DNA of 57,289 nucleotides, the filler included, from Syncephalis fuscata S228 (Eukaryota > Fungi > Zoopagomycota), in the NCBI GenBank assembly GCA_025786725.1. It is 3 parts of 3 records of this genome, joined end to end, with 100 filler letters (N's around TTAATTAATTAA, not from the genome) between each part and the next. Parts side by side here need not be neighbours in the genome. Positions count along the whole stretch, not along the records: positions 1 to 22,204 come from JAHLTZ010000144.1; 2 more parts are not named here. One strand, given 5' to 3'. Within the stretch, counting starts at the first letter, position 1, and every line of letters starts with the position of its first letter. Under the pieces are notes generated by a model. That model did not search any database. It saw nothing but the letters and a program-made list of their open reading frames with translations, and had not been told where the DNA came from. A program made the translations under genes and the position numbers. Shown here piece by piece: positions 1-12,258 of the stretch.

Positions 1-835
1 AATTATAATGGAAATAATTGACTATTCATGTAACTAAATACTATCTGTATTACCAAATAATGCTACTAGTTCGTAAGTGATAGTCTATATTAATTAGCTA
101 TACGCTAACTACATGCTATGCAATGTGCGTGTTTATAATCTGCATTAATAGGGTGTAAGTAATGTTGTACAATGTTACTTTATACACCAATTACATGGCA
201 TGTGCTGTATTCATTTGTGATTGTAGAATAACCGGTGATTTCAAGACATTGGTATTGTGTATGGATCTAGTCCAATCCACTATTGATAATATCCAGTAAA
301 AGTCAAGGCCATTTGGCAATTGCCGTTTAGTCCATCCATGTGTCGAGTTTTAGCCAATGCACCAATTTATTCAAATTCCAACTCATGGTCCCCTTTATTG
401 TCAAAAAGCCTGCAATTAGTTGTGCTTATTCAGCTATGCAGGTTCTTAGCAATAAAACATGGCTTTGTTTTACTATACATAATTGAGTTTATATGTATAT
501 TCATGCCTGATTTACACTCAACAATTAACAAAGCATGGGCCGAATCAATGGTTTAATATCAAACTTGTGCATTTAAAATATCAGACCCAATCCTTAACAT
601 TGAACAGCATTTTCTGCCACTCTTGTTACAATCGAGTAAATGAAACAACAAACGATCACTGTATCACTATAACAATAAAGTCTACATTTCATTAGCACAA
701 GATCTGTTACTAAATATTGCTTATTCACAAATGATATAGGCTGTATATATCGAAATTAATAGCGACATTTAATACTGTTTTACTATTTAATTTATCTGTA
801 TACAATAACCGATATCCACTGATCAATATACTGTT
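1..835 (+). repeat. Left arm of large inverted repeat (partner 10999-11833); cut off by window start
   Basis: Position n pairs with 11834-n. ORFs 320..556/483..695 (+) are identical to 11278..11514/11139..11351 (-). Identity stops at 835/10999. Confidence 0.95.
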
Positions 836-1834
836 TTGTTTTGGTATGATTGCTGACAAATACTTTCTATAATGTAGATTATGCATTCGATTTAATAGTA
901 TATCATTCTATCATTATCTATTCTATATGCTGATCTACAGTAACTTCTGCTATCATTAATCCAATCAGCTTAATGTATTAATCACTATTTTGTCGTATTT
1001 ACGGCCAATACAGCATTTTAATACATGGCAATCGATTTAATAAAAGAAGTTTAGTCATCATTTCATAGCAGGATATATTGAGTAGATCTTTTTTGTGTGT
1101 TTTGATAAAATAAGATAAATGTTGTTGATAATCATAGAATAGGACACTAAAGATAGTCAAATGTCATCATTGTTGTTACTGGTAAAAATAAGCATAAAAA
1201 GTGCAAAATCAGTGATAATAATGACGATAAAATGAACATATCCATCAAAAAATATATGCATAAGCATAGTTAGTCATAATAGTTGGGTCGTTTCGTCTGT
1301 AGGAAAAGGGAATGGCTGAAATATACAGACAAGAAACAGAGGGGATAAACATCATATTTGTCTTTTGGTCGGCGTGACGGCTCAACAAGTATGCCAGTGA
1401 CATGGCTAAATAGACAGACCAACATCGGCATTGGAAGTGCAAATAAGGCACAGTTCGCCTTCCCTTGGAGCCAGTGACACGTCGACGGTCAAAACAAAAC
1501 GTGTAGCTAAAATAATAGTATAGGCATAGGTTGAAATAATACTAGTAATAGTACGGCAAAAGTAGCGCAATAATAATAGAAAACAGATCAAGTGCGTACC
1601 AATAGAGCAACCAAAACAAAGAGAAAAACAGCGAAACTGGATCGTTATCGCTAGAAAAAAAAGAACAAAAAACTAAAAACGACTTAGCGATGCGTTCATA
1701 TAACACAACACAACACATAATCAACTGAAGCAAATCGACCAAATCGGCTATCGGACGAGTATGCAATCCAATAGCAGTTCAAGAATAAAAAGCAATCAAG
1801 GGGTCATAGTGGCGCGTATACTTATCAAAGCATA

Positions 1835-3793
1835 TTAGCCAGCAATGGCAATCATGACCGAGTTGTCATTGCTTAGGCTAGAAACCGGATCTAGCGCCGT
1901 GGACTGCTCATTAAGCTTAGGTACATCTTCATCCATGGTGTCAATATCCATAGGTGAAACAAGTTGGTCCATCTCGGCAAAAGCAGCCTCTACATCAACG
2001 AATTCAGCGGACATGGCAGCTGCAGATAGTGGCATTAAATTTGACTCCATAGCCGATACCGCAGCGGCCGCATTGAGCAGATAGGCCTCACGATAATCCG
2101 CATCGTCATCGTTATCGTTCATAGACGTTGTAAGGAAATCCAATGGCACATCTGTATAGTAGTCGTTGTTTGACATTTCGTTGGCCGGCGCCAATTCATC
2201 GGCTGACCAGACTTGACTGAGTGGCGACGCAGCTGGAGAACCGGTCCACGTATCGGCACGTGCATGGATAAATGCTCGTGGATGCAATGGACCAGTAATC
2301 TTACCGATACGTGTCATATACGTCTCAACAGCTGTTGTTAGCCAGCGGTTGGGTGATTCACGTCCACGGCGTGTGCGACTTGCTGGTGCATCCATACAGA
2401 CGGTATAAGCACGCTGCTGAGCTATTTTACGCAAGCGAGTAGCATCATCGCTAGGTGGACAGAAGCCAAATGGATCGCGTGGCGGCATACTGACCATGTT
2501 TGACTGCGCTTTAGCGGCAGTGTTGTAACGTGTACGTGCAGCGAGAATAGCATATGCTTGACGTGCTTGCCAGGTACGAGTAGCACCACATACCATGGCC
2601 ATATCTCGTCGTGCATCGGCCAAGCGAAGCGTAGCTGCACGCACGAGAGATGCTTTGTTACTCTGCTGTGACGAGTTCAACTGACAGGATGATGTCCAAG
2701 AAGGACCAGCAGCTACAGAAGGAATTGAAAGAGTAGAAGCGGTACGTGGCACTTGACGGGCCAAGCAGTAGTCTTCATCGTCGTCCTCATCGTCTATATT
2801 GTCATTATCGTCATCAGAATAGTAAGCTTGATTGCTAATGCTGGGCAATGAGATAGAGCGTAGACTGGACGATTGGCAATTGGCGCCATAAGTATTTGTA
2901 GCCATGTCTTCTACAATTTCAATGTCTTCATCTTCTTCAATAATATCGTCATCGTCGCTATCTTCGCTTGTTGTATTAGTGTATGGGTTGTGTATAAGTG
3001 AAGTACATTCTACGTTTGACACCTTGCTATGAGCAGCATCTAATTGAATGCAGACTTGCTCAGCATTGTTGTCGTCGCCGGTCAACTTGGGTGGACCGCG
3101 CACCAATAAAAATGTATCAAGAGCTACAACTTCATTGGCCGTAGTAGTAGTGTTGTTAATAGTAATAGTAGGAGTATTAGATTGGGCATTATGTCCATTG
3201 GCTGTCTTGCCGGAGTAAGCAGTAGCAGTGGCATCGCTTGTAGTCGATGAGGCACGAGCTGTATCTGCCTGGCCCATGACACGGGCACAGCATGCATGCA
3301 TTGCTTGTAGTATTAAACGGCGTTTTCGGCCGCCGTCCGGCAGCGGGACAAAGTTGCGCCATGTATTAGTATCAACGATGTCGTTGTTTTCCTTGTCTTC
3401 TTTTGTATATGTGGCCAACAGTGTATATGCTTCGCGACGAAGAGCTTGTGCTGCCGCGGCTGTGGCAATCGTCTCAAAGTTTATTGGCGCTCCATTGGTA
3501 TGGGAAAGAGAAATGGCAGCATGACGCTTGCCTTTGGTTTTACGCGACGGGCGCGCAGCCAATCCAGCTTCGACTCGGCGTGACCGTAAATTGCCACGAT
3601 TTGTCAAAGAGTAAGGTTGGTAATGGTCGCGTGGTGATGGTGGTGAAGCCACCGTGCTCGTTGAGGCCGCCGCAGCTGCCATAACAATGGCAGTCCCCTC
3701 AATTCGGCACCGACGTTGTAATGCAGTCACCATAGTGTAACACGATAAAGGCACAAAAAGTGGCCGGTGCGTGATTACGCGCGCGCGATTAGG
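1835..3793 (-). CDS. Hypothetical protein A (~640 aa, low complexity) with conserved C-terminal motifs; paralog of 6884-8457
   Basis: 639-aa ORF with an AG acceptor near 3794, so the true 5' end is uncertain. Motifs RLADARRDMAMVCGATRTWQARQAYAILAAR and WLTTAVETYMTRIGKITGPLHPRAFIHARAD. Confidence 0.8.
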   Translation of the reverse strand, partial: PNRARVITHRPLFVPLSCYTMVTALQRRCRIEGTAIVMAAAAASTSTVASPPSPRDHYQPYSLTNRGNLRSRRVEAGLAARPSRKTKGKRHAAISLSHTNGAPINFETIATAAAAQALRREAYTLLATYTKEDKENNDIVDTNTWRNFVPLPDGGRKRRLILQAMHACCARVMGQADTARASSTTSDATATAYSGKTANGHNAQSNTPTITINNTTTTANEVVALDTFLLVRGPPKLTGDDNNAEQVCIQLDAAHSKVSNVECTSLIHNPYTNTTSEDSDDDDIIEEDEDIEIVEDMATNTYGANCQSSSLRSISLPSISNQAYYSDDDNDNIDDEDDDEDYCLARQVPRTASTLSIPSVAAGPSWTSSCQLNSSQQSNKASLVRAATLRLADARRDMAMVCGATRTWQARQAYAILAARTRYNTAAKAQSNMVSMPPRDPFGFCPPSDDATRLRKIAQQRAYTVCMDAPASRTRRGRESPNRWLTTAVETYMTRIGKITGPLHPRAFIHARADTWTGSPAASPLSQVWSADELAPANEMSNNDYYTDVPLDFLTTSMNDNDDDADYREAYLLNAAAAVSAMESNLMPLSAAAMSAEFVDVEAAFAEMDQLVSPMDIDTMDEDVPKLNEQSTALDPVSSLSNDNSVMIAIAG

Positions 3794-3879
3794 ACCTAAT
3801 AATTAAAAGACTACAAATACAGCATCTTATTAGTATCACATATAATTTATTAATTCAATTTAGTATATACACAACAATC

Positions 3880-3975
3880 CCATTAACATTATTAACATTA
3901 TTTATATTATTTATATTATTTGTATTATTTACATTATTATTTATATTATTTACATTATTATTAATATTAATATTA
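3880..3975. repeat. AT-rich low-complexity tandem repeat (TTATATTATT-like), probably intronic
   Basis: Repeated ttatattatt/ttacattatt units. Confidence 0.7.
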
Positions 3976-6883
3976 TTGACCTTTTAATATCACCACGCTT
4001 ATTTGTTTCAGCTTTATAGCCAATAGTATTTACACCATAAACAAACAACATAGTTTGGCAAGGCTAACACCGAGTAACTATGCTCATCTATTTGTTTGTT
4101 GGTTACAGAATGTATTGATCATTCTACCAAATACATACAAAGTCATCCATTGACTAGCACGTCTTAAAACGGCCATCGAAAGGCAAGCACAACCGTGCAG
4201 CATACGTAAAAGCACTTCTATTTACACGCTATAGTTGCCCTTGCTTTTTTCACTGCACTTGAAAAAAACTAACAATACAGCACAGTCGAAAAAGGGGACG
4301 AGGCCTGTGACAAACACTCACCAGTAAGCACACGTACACACATATGAGTGTAGTTTGTGTGTATGTGTGTATATGCGTATAAAACGTAATAATCAACAGC
4401 CAAGTCCTAGTCGGTGACCGCTAACCGTAGTAGAGTGGAGTGGAGTGGGGTACGGTGGAGGTAGTGATGGTGGTATAAAACACAAGGTAAATGGACGGTT
4501 GAAAAGGCGGAAAAGGGAAAAGACTGCGGCGATGGAGACAGGTTAGAGGCGGGAAGAGAGATTGGTTTAGTTAGAGAGAAGAGCGTTGCAAAAGGAGTGG
4601 AAAGGACGGCAAGGAAACAATGCAATGAACGAGGAAAACAAGGAGGCGAGGTCAAAGTGCTATGATGAAAGAGAAAGAAATGTTGTTGTTGTTATGGTAA
4701 TGAGTGGCAGTAGCAGTAGCAGTGGAGTGTGTGTTGCAACAATGGCTAGAATGGGGAAAAGGAGACGAAAGAGTGCGAGGCAAGGTGCTGAATACAACTG
4801 ACAAAAACGGTTAACGGAGACACATGCGAACGGGCAGGTGCATGTTGTTGTTAATGCTGCCATTATGGCTGATGGGTATACTCGATGGCTGATTGGCCTA
4901 TTCGGCTGGTTATTGAACAAAGGGGCATAACCATTAAACAGACGGTGTTTAAAAGATGAGGCATCGTTTGTAGACGAATGTATCCGTGCAATATGAACTA
5001 GTAACAACCATCAGCGCATTCTACATTGCTGTTTCATGTCAATGACAAATAAAAAGTCAAAACCGAACAACACTGGGGCAGCAACTATAATGCAACGGCT
5101 GTCTGTGGGACAGTTGATCTACAAGTGCACGAGTAAAGAATAGCTTGCTACTACTTGACCCAACCAACCAACTGATCGCTGCTGACAAGTCATGACTGAC
5201 AAACGTGATCATTTAGCCAGATTAAGAAGACTACGTGGATAGATACGCAGTCAAATAAAGTTTATTAATTAAATAATCTAGCTATAACTGCACCATAACC
5301 TATGACTTTAATAAATTCATTATAACTTTATTAATGCCTCGAATATAATACAGTTTAGTTGTTTTTATTTTTTATTTATTTCTTTGTTGGCTGCTTTAAT
5401 TGTTGTACAGGGCCTAAGATCCCTCATCTTCATTGATTACTAGCCAATAGGCTGCATCAGTAAACAAATAGTGTATAAACAAATGGGCGAACAAGAGGCG
5501 GATGCTATAGGTCTAGCCTGTACATGCGTACTACCATCGTTTAGATTTGGTTTATTCACTTGTTCGCTCACTCGTTAATGTGGCACTTTATGGCGTTCTT
5601 TTGGCTCGAAGCCGTGGTGACTATAGATTGAGTGGAGGGGGGCAATAGTATAGGCTGTTGGTAACTCAATCACATGATCTTTGATTGAGCACACGTGTAG
5701 TCTCACCTAGTCGTATTCCCTCATCGGTCAATACCGGATGCAGTATTGTCTATCACGGCAGGCAGCCCCGATGACAGCCACCGCCCCTTCAATGTTTATA
5801 AATACAAATAGATAGGCAATGTCGGCGCAGCTATCCACCATTTCATTCAGTCACCGACTCACCCTCCCCTTAGTTATTTCATTCATTTTGGTTGTTTCAA
5901 CCATTGTTATCGTTGCGGTAGCTTTGGTAGTAGTTACGATACGCACTCAAACTAGCAGTGCAAACAAGTTGACAAGCGACGCTGGATTCCATTTATTGGT
6001 TAAGCTACTTTTATTCACTCATAGTAAGTTTTGTATATTGCTTTCTTGGCTGTCGGATACTACAGCGTATAACTCTTTTGGTTGGTTCCATGCTATGCAA
6101 GCACTTCGGCGACAGCGTACATCCTTGCGTCTGCATGTTCAAGTTTTTGTTATTGTTACTGGTATTATGACGAGTACAGAGATTATGTTGGGGCATTTTT
6201 TTCCATCTTTTTTCAGTCTCATGTGACTGTGCCTAAATAGTGCCTTCAGTTAATAAATAGGATGCGTGTACAAATATGACTAACACAATTTATATGATCT
6301 TTATTGTATGCCCATTTTATAGACAGTTTTAACACTCACATTCACTAACAGCAACTATATTATTATTACTACTACTACTACGCCAAAGTAAACACGCTTG
6401 GGACTATTCATATTCATTGCACGTATTTTCACGTATTTTTTACCCCGTTGTCAAGGCGACCTTTGAATTGTACTACTTCTTGGCATTGATTGTCGTTTAA
6501 TCTTCTTGATTACTGATATATTTTTACTTGCTTTTTGCTAGCTGCCTGTGAACTATTGCTGTCAATCACTGCGCTAGCCTACTATCACTACGCTTATTAT
6601 CATTGGATAGGACGCGGGTTCTCTATTTTGCTACTTGTCGTCTTTTCCCTTCTATTCATTTAAGCTTTCATATTTGCATACTATTCTAATACGCATATCA
6701 TTAGTTTTATTTCTTTTGTAGCTTATATAGTATTTCTTTTGTTTTGTTTATCATAACAGCAGAAATATACATCGTAAAGCATTGTGTGGTCTGTTTTCAA
6801 TTGTCTAGATTGCCTTACTATTCATAAATAATAGCAGCAACGACAGCAAGTCTTTATTTGTATTGTTGGTGTTAAGAAGAAAC

Positions 6884-8457
6884 ATGTCTTTGTCTTCTGC
6901 TGGCTATCGTTGTAGTATGGAAAATGACCTACACATAACTAGGCCGTCAGCAAATCGTGCTAATATGGCGATAATTCAGCATCAAAATACCACGCCCATA
7001 AGAAAACATCAAATGAAAGCTCAACGTCATGTTGCCACACAAAAACTAACTGCGCCAGTGCCTAATCCACGCTGCAAAACTAAAGCGGCTGTACGTAAAC
7101 CTATACCGGCAATGTTATCGGTAAAAATACCGCTTTCTCTCCCGGCTGTATCTACCACACAAGCAGTGACAGCTATAAGTGCAGTTGCAACTATTGGTAC
7201 CAATACCGCACAATTAAAGCAGCAGTCTATATCACCGCTATCTCATCGACGTGGTAACGATAGCGCGGCATATCCCACCCGATCCGGGCACCCTTACCAA
7301 AAGAACAAGGGAGTGCTTCGCATATCGGCAACTGAAGCGCTAATTGCAGCAAGTGGCACGGTAAGCGACTTATCATTGCCGAAGAGCAATGCGTTACCAC
7401 GACGACAAATCCAACAACGAGTTTCAATATTTGAAGGACTTGCACCGTTATCCGGTCGAGTTGACGAAGATGAGACAGACAACACGAGCAAGAGAACAGT
7501 CGCTCTATGTTTAATATGAATTTTATTTGCCCATCTTTGAAAGTTAATACGATTAAAGATCATCTACGATTACCGGCTTGGTGCCACGGTGCTACGTATA
7601 ATGCATTATCTGATAGTATTTATTCGGATCAAAAGAAAACCGAATCAACGACGCGAAACACGAGTGTCAGCGCTGCTGGCCAGAATCGACTAACACGTCG
7701 ACGATCTTTATCTCCATTGGCGGTACTTCAGCACAACGATTGCGATGCAACAGCGCCATTGAATTTACCATTAGCATCAACGAATAAGATAGCACGTAAG
7801 ATGAACGAGAAAACAGCCAATAAGTCCAAGTGGGACTGGTCTACCGAGACATTGGCTAGCCTAGTATCACTTGATATTACTGAGCAAGGACCACCGGCTT
7901 ATACGGCCAAACCACCTTCTCCTCCGCCAGCATATGTATCGCCAGAAAAAAATGCATCGCCGCTTAGCGATAAAAAGAAACCAATAAAGGCGAAGAAGCC
8001 TAGCTCGCCAGCCTCTCGGCTTGAAGTAGCGCGAATTACCATGGTCGAAAGCTGCAATCCAACGGTCGCATGGCGGGCCTATCGTCTACATAAGCTTGTT
8101 GCTGCACGGGCTCAAGTGTATCGCCAGCTGGTAAAAGCTTCAAATGGAAAGCCATTAACTGGTGCAGCTTTAGCGTCAGCAATACCAGCTGCTATAAAGC
8201 ATCTTGAATGGCCAGTCAAGCAAACGGCTAAAGATTGGACTGCATCCACCACCACAACAACAACGACACCTTCCCGTCGATCACGATCCAATTCGCAACA
8301 ATGGCTTATGCTAGCACTGGAAACACGTATGATACTCGATCGTAAGATTATTTGCCCGCTTAAACCGCGCGCTGTATTACCACCTCGAATGGACCAGACT
8401 ACTCTGTCCTGTACTATGTTTAAACCATCGTTATTAAGACACTCAACGGTTTTCTAA
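6884..8457 (+). CDS. Hypothetical protein B (~520 aa), paralog of protein A; one apparent -1 frameshift near 7510
   Basis: ORFs 6863..7519 and 7507..8457 join if one T is added to tgttt(t)aat. Motifs RLEVARITMVESCNPTVAWRAYRLHKLVAAR and WLMLALETRMILDRKIICPLKPRAVLPPRMD. Confidence 0.75.
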
Positions 8458-8629
8458 ACTTATTATTCTTTAATAAGCCGTAGAACCATTTCTTGTTCCT
8501 TGTTTCTTTTCTTTTTATTAAAGTAGTTTATTTTTATTTTAAAAAACCTATAGGTCCATATTATGTGTCATTTAACATTATTACGTCATCTGCTTTATGC
8601 TAATGTTTTATTACTTTATTTAACATGAT

Positions 8630-9070
8630 CTGGGGTCAAATAACAATATTTGATAACATTCGCGTAGTTGAAGTACATATCCGTTCTATTGAGCATAATG
8701 ATGAATGGTGAGTGACATCAGGGATTAAATTAGTCATCATTATAGATTTACTATCCAGTATGCATACATCCTCTATTCATCTGTATTATTCCTATTGTGC
8801 CCTACACTATTATACAACATTCTACGATATACTAGACATAGTTATTCTTTATATACTCTAATAAAGTTCACTCATTCCAGTCATTGCACTACATACACTA
8901 TAACTTCAACACCGTTATATACTTTTTCCATTGTATATTTATTCTATTGTATATTATTGTATGCTTTTTGATCTTACTCTATTCAAACTGTTGTTCACTT
9001 GTTCCTAGCTTTATTTCTAATAACCTTCAGCCTAGTTCATTTATTGAGCTATATGCAATCTAACTTCTAT
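8630..9070 (+). repeat. Dispersed non-coding repeat, copy 1 (diverged partner 50335-50885)
   Basis: Collinear shared blocks: ataacattcgcg, gttctattga, ggtgagtgacatcag, tatccagtatgcata, attctacgatatacta. Confidence 0.8.
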
Positions 9071-9739
9071 ATAATACATTCCAAGCTAATATTTCTTTAC
9101 ACTAATGAGTTTATCTAGAATTATAACTAGTATCAGCTAATCATCGACTTAGTTCACATTGTTAAAATATGTTTGTACAGTGGATTTGTTTGTTGTCATC
9201 ACTTAAAAGCTTACTGTTTGTTGTAAAGTATTTAGTATAACTTTGACTAGATTTGATAGCATACTAGGAAATTTGATTGCCAGTAATAGCATATAAACAT
9301 ATGACAAAATACAGCGACTTATTTATTTGCCTCCTACAACTATATACCATTTTATGCAATGCTTATTTGTGTTATTTAAAAATCTACAAGCCCAATTATT
9401 ATAAACGTACTACACCATGATGTATCCAGATTGCCTTTTTGCCAATATATATAGGATAGGAAAAAACAGCTTTTGAAAATACAACGATTATGTTCACAAA
9501 CTGATAAAATGTATATAAAATTCAATGCTACTCTGATGTAATATATTGGACTTTTGTTGGGTTTGTTATATACAACTGTAATAAATTATAGCAATTACAA
9601 TAAATAATTAATAAAATTAGAATATATGGCCATTGCTTTCTCTAGCCCGTCTATTCAATTTCTCTAAAGTCTCGATTAATATGCAGTTATTGGATTTGAT
9701 TGATCCATACGAAATGTGCTTATATGATCAAGCTATTTC

Positions 9740-10756
9740 TCACTGTGACACATAGACTAGCTTTCCCTCGTTTGAACGAACTGGTGCTGACGATGATGAT
9801 GACGATGATGACGAGACGACGACGACGATGATGATGATCTAATATTGCGCACACGATTGCAATGTTGAATCAAAGCAGTCGACGTAATTAACCTGTCGTT
9901 GGACAATATGATTACTATTATCGCTATTAATAAAGACTCAATAATTACTTACCAATCAGCAATAAAAACATCGCTGATGAATTTCCTGTTGCATTGGATA
10001 TAGCACAGATAACGCAGATAAGATTGCATAGCGCCACAAGACACATTACTTGGATGCCATTGCGCATCAATTTCCTCCATGATTCAGTGCCATGTTGTTG
10101 ATATTGTTTGTACGCCACGTATATAAAAATTGCCGAAAAGAAAATGTTAATAGGGATGTTGAACCCGAACCAATACATCGGTATGAACGACGAATAGTGA
10201 ACAACACAGAAGCTTTTGGCATCGACAGTAACAAAGGAATACATAAGCGCCAAGGGAGCAAAAGCTAGCTGGGGCAGCATAAACAAAAAGCCAACAATAA
10301 GAATCCATCGCTTTTTGAGAAGAACTATGTACGCCTTTTGTAAAACAATTGCGCTGTTAAATGTATTTGCTATTGGCATCACGGTAATAGCATACCAAGC
10401 GATGGGCCGGCAACTAGCATTGCCAAATGTTATTATTAGGCCGATAACGCCTAGCATTACGCCGAAACTGATGGAAACAGGCAACACCAACCGGAAAGAA
10501 TGTGAGGACATTTTCTGATCATCCGGATGGCAATTAAAGCGTTTCTAGCAAATAAGGCAGCTATAATATAGTTGGAAAAAAGCTGAAGATAAAAGCTCCA
10601 AAGTCGAGCCTGAGTAGTTTTTCTATCGTTCGGTATTTCTGATACAAAATCGTACATACTTATCTCACCTAGTGGATGGAGTGGGATTCCAAATAAACGA
10701 TCTGCATTGTCTTCCCAGCTGGTACTGCTATTATTTATAGTTTGCTCCACTGGCAT
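9740..10756 (-). CDS. Lineage-specific multi-pass (7TM/GPCR-like) membrane protein, 'HPLGE...GWCCL' family; homopolymer frameshifts near 10467 and 9962
   Basis: N-terminal GIPLHPLGE, then GWCCLFPS, several hydrophobic segments and WRKLMRNGIQ. Intron ~9948-9894 splits the DW codon. Homologous to 29340-30377. Confidence 0.75.
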
Positions 10757-10998
10757 TGGCAGAAATAAGCAAAGCGCTTTGTATTAAATAAGTCGGTATA
10801 TACTATATTAAGATTAAGATAAAAAGCATAGTTTAATATGGATAATTAATAATTATTTGCTAGCTCTTCAAAATATAGGTTGCAAAGACAGTTGCAGCAA
10901 AAGTAGTTGTATGAACAGGTTTAATTATGCATGAATTCGCGCGTGACTGAATCATGCAAGTAGATGATTTGGTCTAGACTCTGTCTGAAATCGATTAT

Positions 10999-11833
10999 AA
11001 CAGTATATTGATCAGTGGATATCGGTTATTGTATACAGATAAATTAAATAGTAAAACAGTATTAAATGTCGCTATTAATTTCGATATATACAGCCTATAT
11101 CATTTGTGAATAAGCAATATTTAGTAACAGATCTTGTGCTAATGAAATGTAGACTTTATTGTTATAGTGATACAGTGATCGTTTGTTGTTTCATTTACTC
11201 GATTGTAACAAGAGTGGCAGAAAATGCTGTTCAATGTTAAGGATTGGGTCTGATATTTTAAATGCACAAGTTTGATATTAAACCATTGATTCGGCCCATG
11301 CTTTGTTAATTGTTGAGTGTAAATCAGGCATGAATATACATATAAACTCAATTATGTATAGTAAAACAAAGCCATGTTTTATTGCTAAGAACCTGCATAG
11401 CTGAATAAGCACAACTAATTGCAGGCTTTTTGACAATAAAGGGGACCATGAGTTGGAATTTGAATAAATTGGTGCATTGGCTAAAACTCGACACATGGAT
11501 GGACTAAACGGCAATTGCCAAATGGCCTTGACTTTTACTGGATATTATCAATAGTGGATTGGACTAGATCCATACACAATACCAATGTCTTGAAATCACC
11601 GGTTATTCTACAATCACAAATGAATACAGCACATGCCATGTAATTGGTGTATAAAGTAACATTGTACAACATTACTTACACCCTATTAATGCAGATTATA
11701 AACACGCACATTGCATAGCATGTAGTTAGCGTATAGCTAATTAATATAGACTATCACTTACGAACTAGTAGCATTATTTGGTAATACAGATAGTATTTAG
11801 TTACATGAATAGTCAATTATTTCCATTATAATT
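10999..11833 (-). repeat. Right arm of large inverted repeat
   Basis: Reverse complement of 1-835. Confidence 0.95.
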
Positions 11834-12258
11834 TACCTCATACTGGTGTAAATACAATATATTGGTATCGTCAGCATAATGGTTTTGCTATTGTCATATG
11901 CTAGACTTGCTATAGGACGGTCGTCCTGGTTTATTTATTTCAGATTAACAAACACGCATCAATTAGTGCCAAGTAGTGACGTATAGTTAAAATTGCCGAC
12001 TGTTTGCATATGCTTACCATGCTTACCATGTGCATAAAGTGTGCAATAAGTACCGGAACGACATTCAATGGCCACGACTTACCTTCTAATGCCAGTAGTG
12101 GTTATACGTAATGTTAACAAGTATGCCAGTTTGCAAATTGAAATTACAACATACGAATACGGCCTTGAGCAGGCATAGCATCGACCATGACTGCATTGAT
12201 CACAAGAGCCACAACGATGGTGCAGACGACGGCAATAGAAGGCTTTATGGTGATATTG
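11150..12258 (-). pseudogene. Probable decayed secreted-protein gene with several 3-nt microexons; weak ricin-B/beta-trefoil-like hints
   Basis: Signal-peptide-like ITIKPSIAVVCTIVVALVINAVMVDAMPAQGRI then GTATGT donor. Microexon patterns tag-AAG-gtaagt (12083-85), tag-TTC-gtaagt (11762-64), tag-GGT-gtaagt (11680-82). Last exon has LCMDL, NKTWLCFTI and NQWF but also in-frame stops. Confidence 0.45.

Noticed and set aside
320-695. ORFs of 78 and 70 aa in the inverted repeat arms as real genes, or the arms as transposon TIRs
   Set aside because: The ORFs start at TTG and are fragments overlapping a decayed spliced gene. No transposase lies between the arms and the outer end cannot be seen.
4407-6226. 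Short ORFs between the head-to-head genes
   Set aside because: Low-complexity promoter, 5' UTR or intron-like sequence with no recognisable protein features.
1835-10756. Calling the inverted-repeat block a mating-type locus
   Set aside because: No HMG box, homeodomain, pheromone precursor or STE3-like motif is recognisable; only the layout is suggestive.
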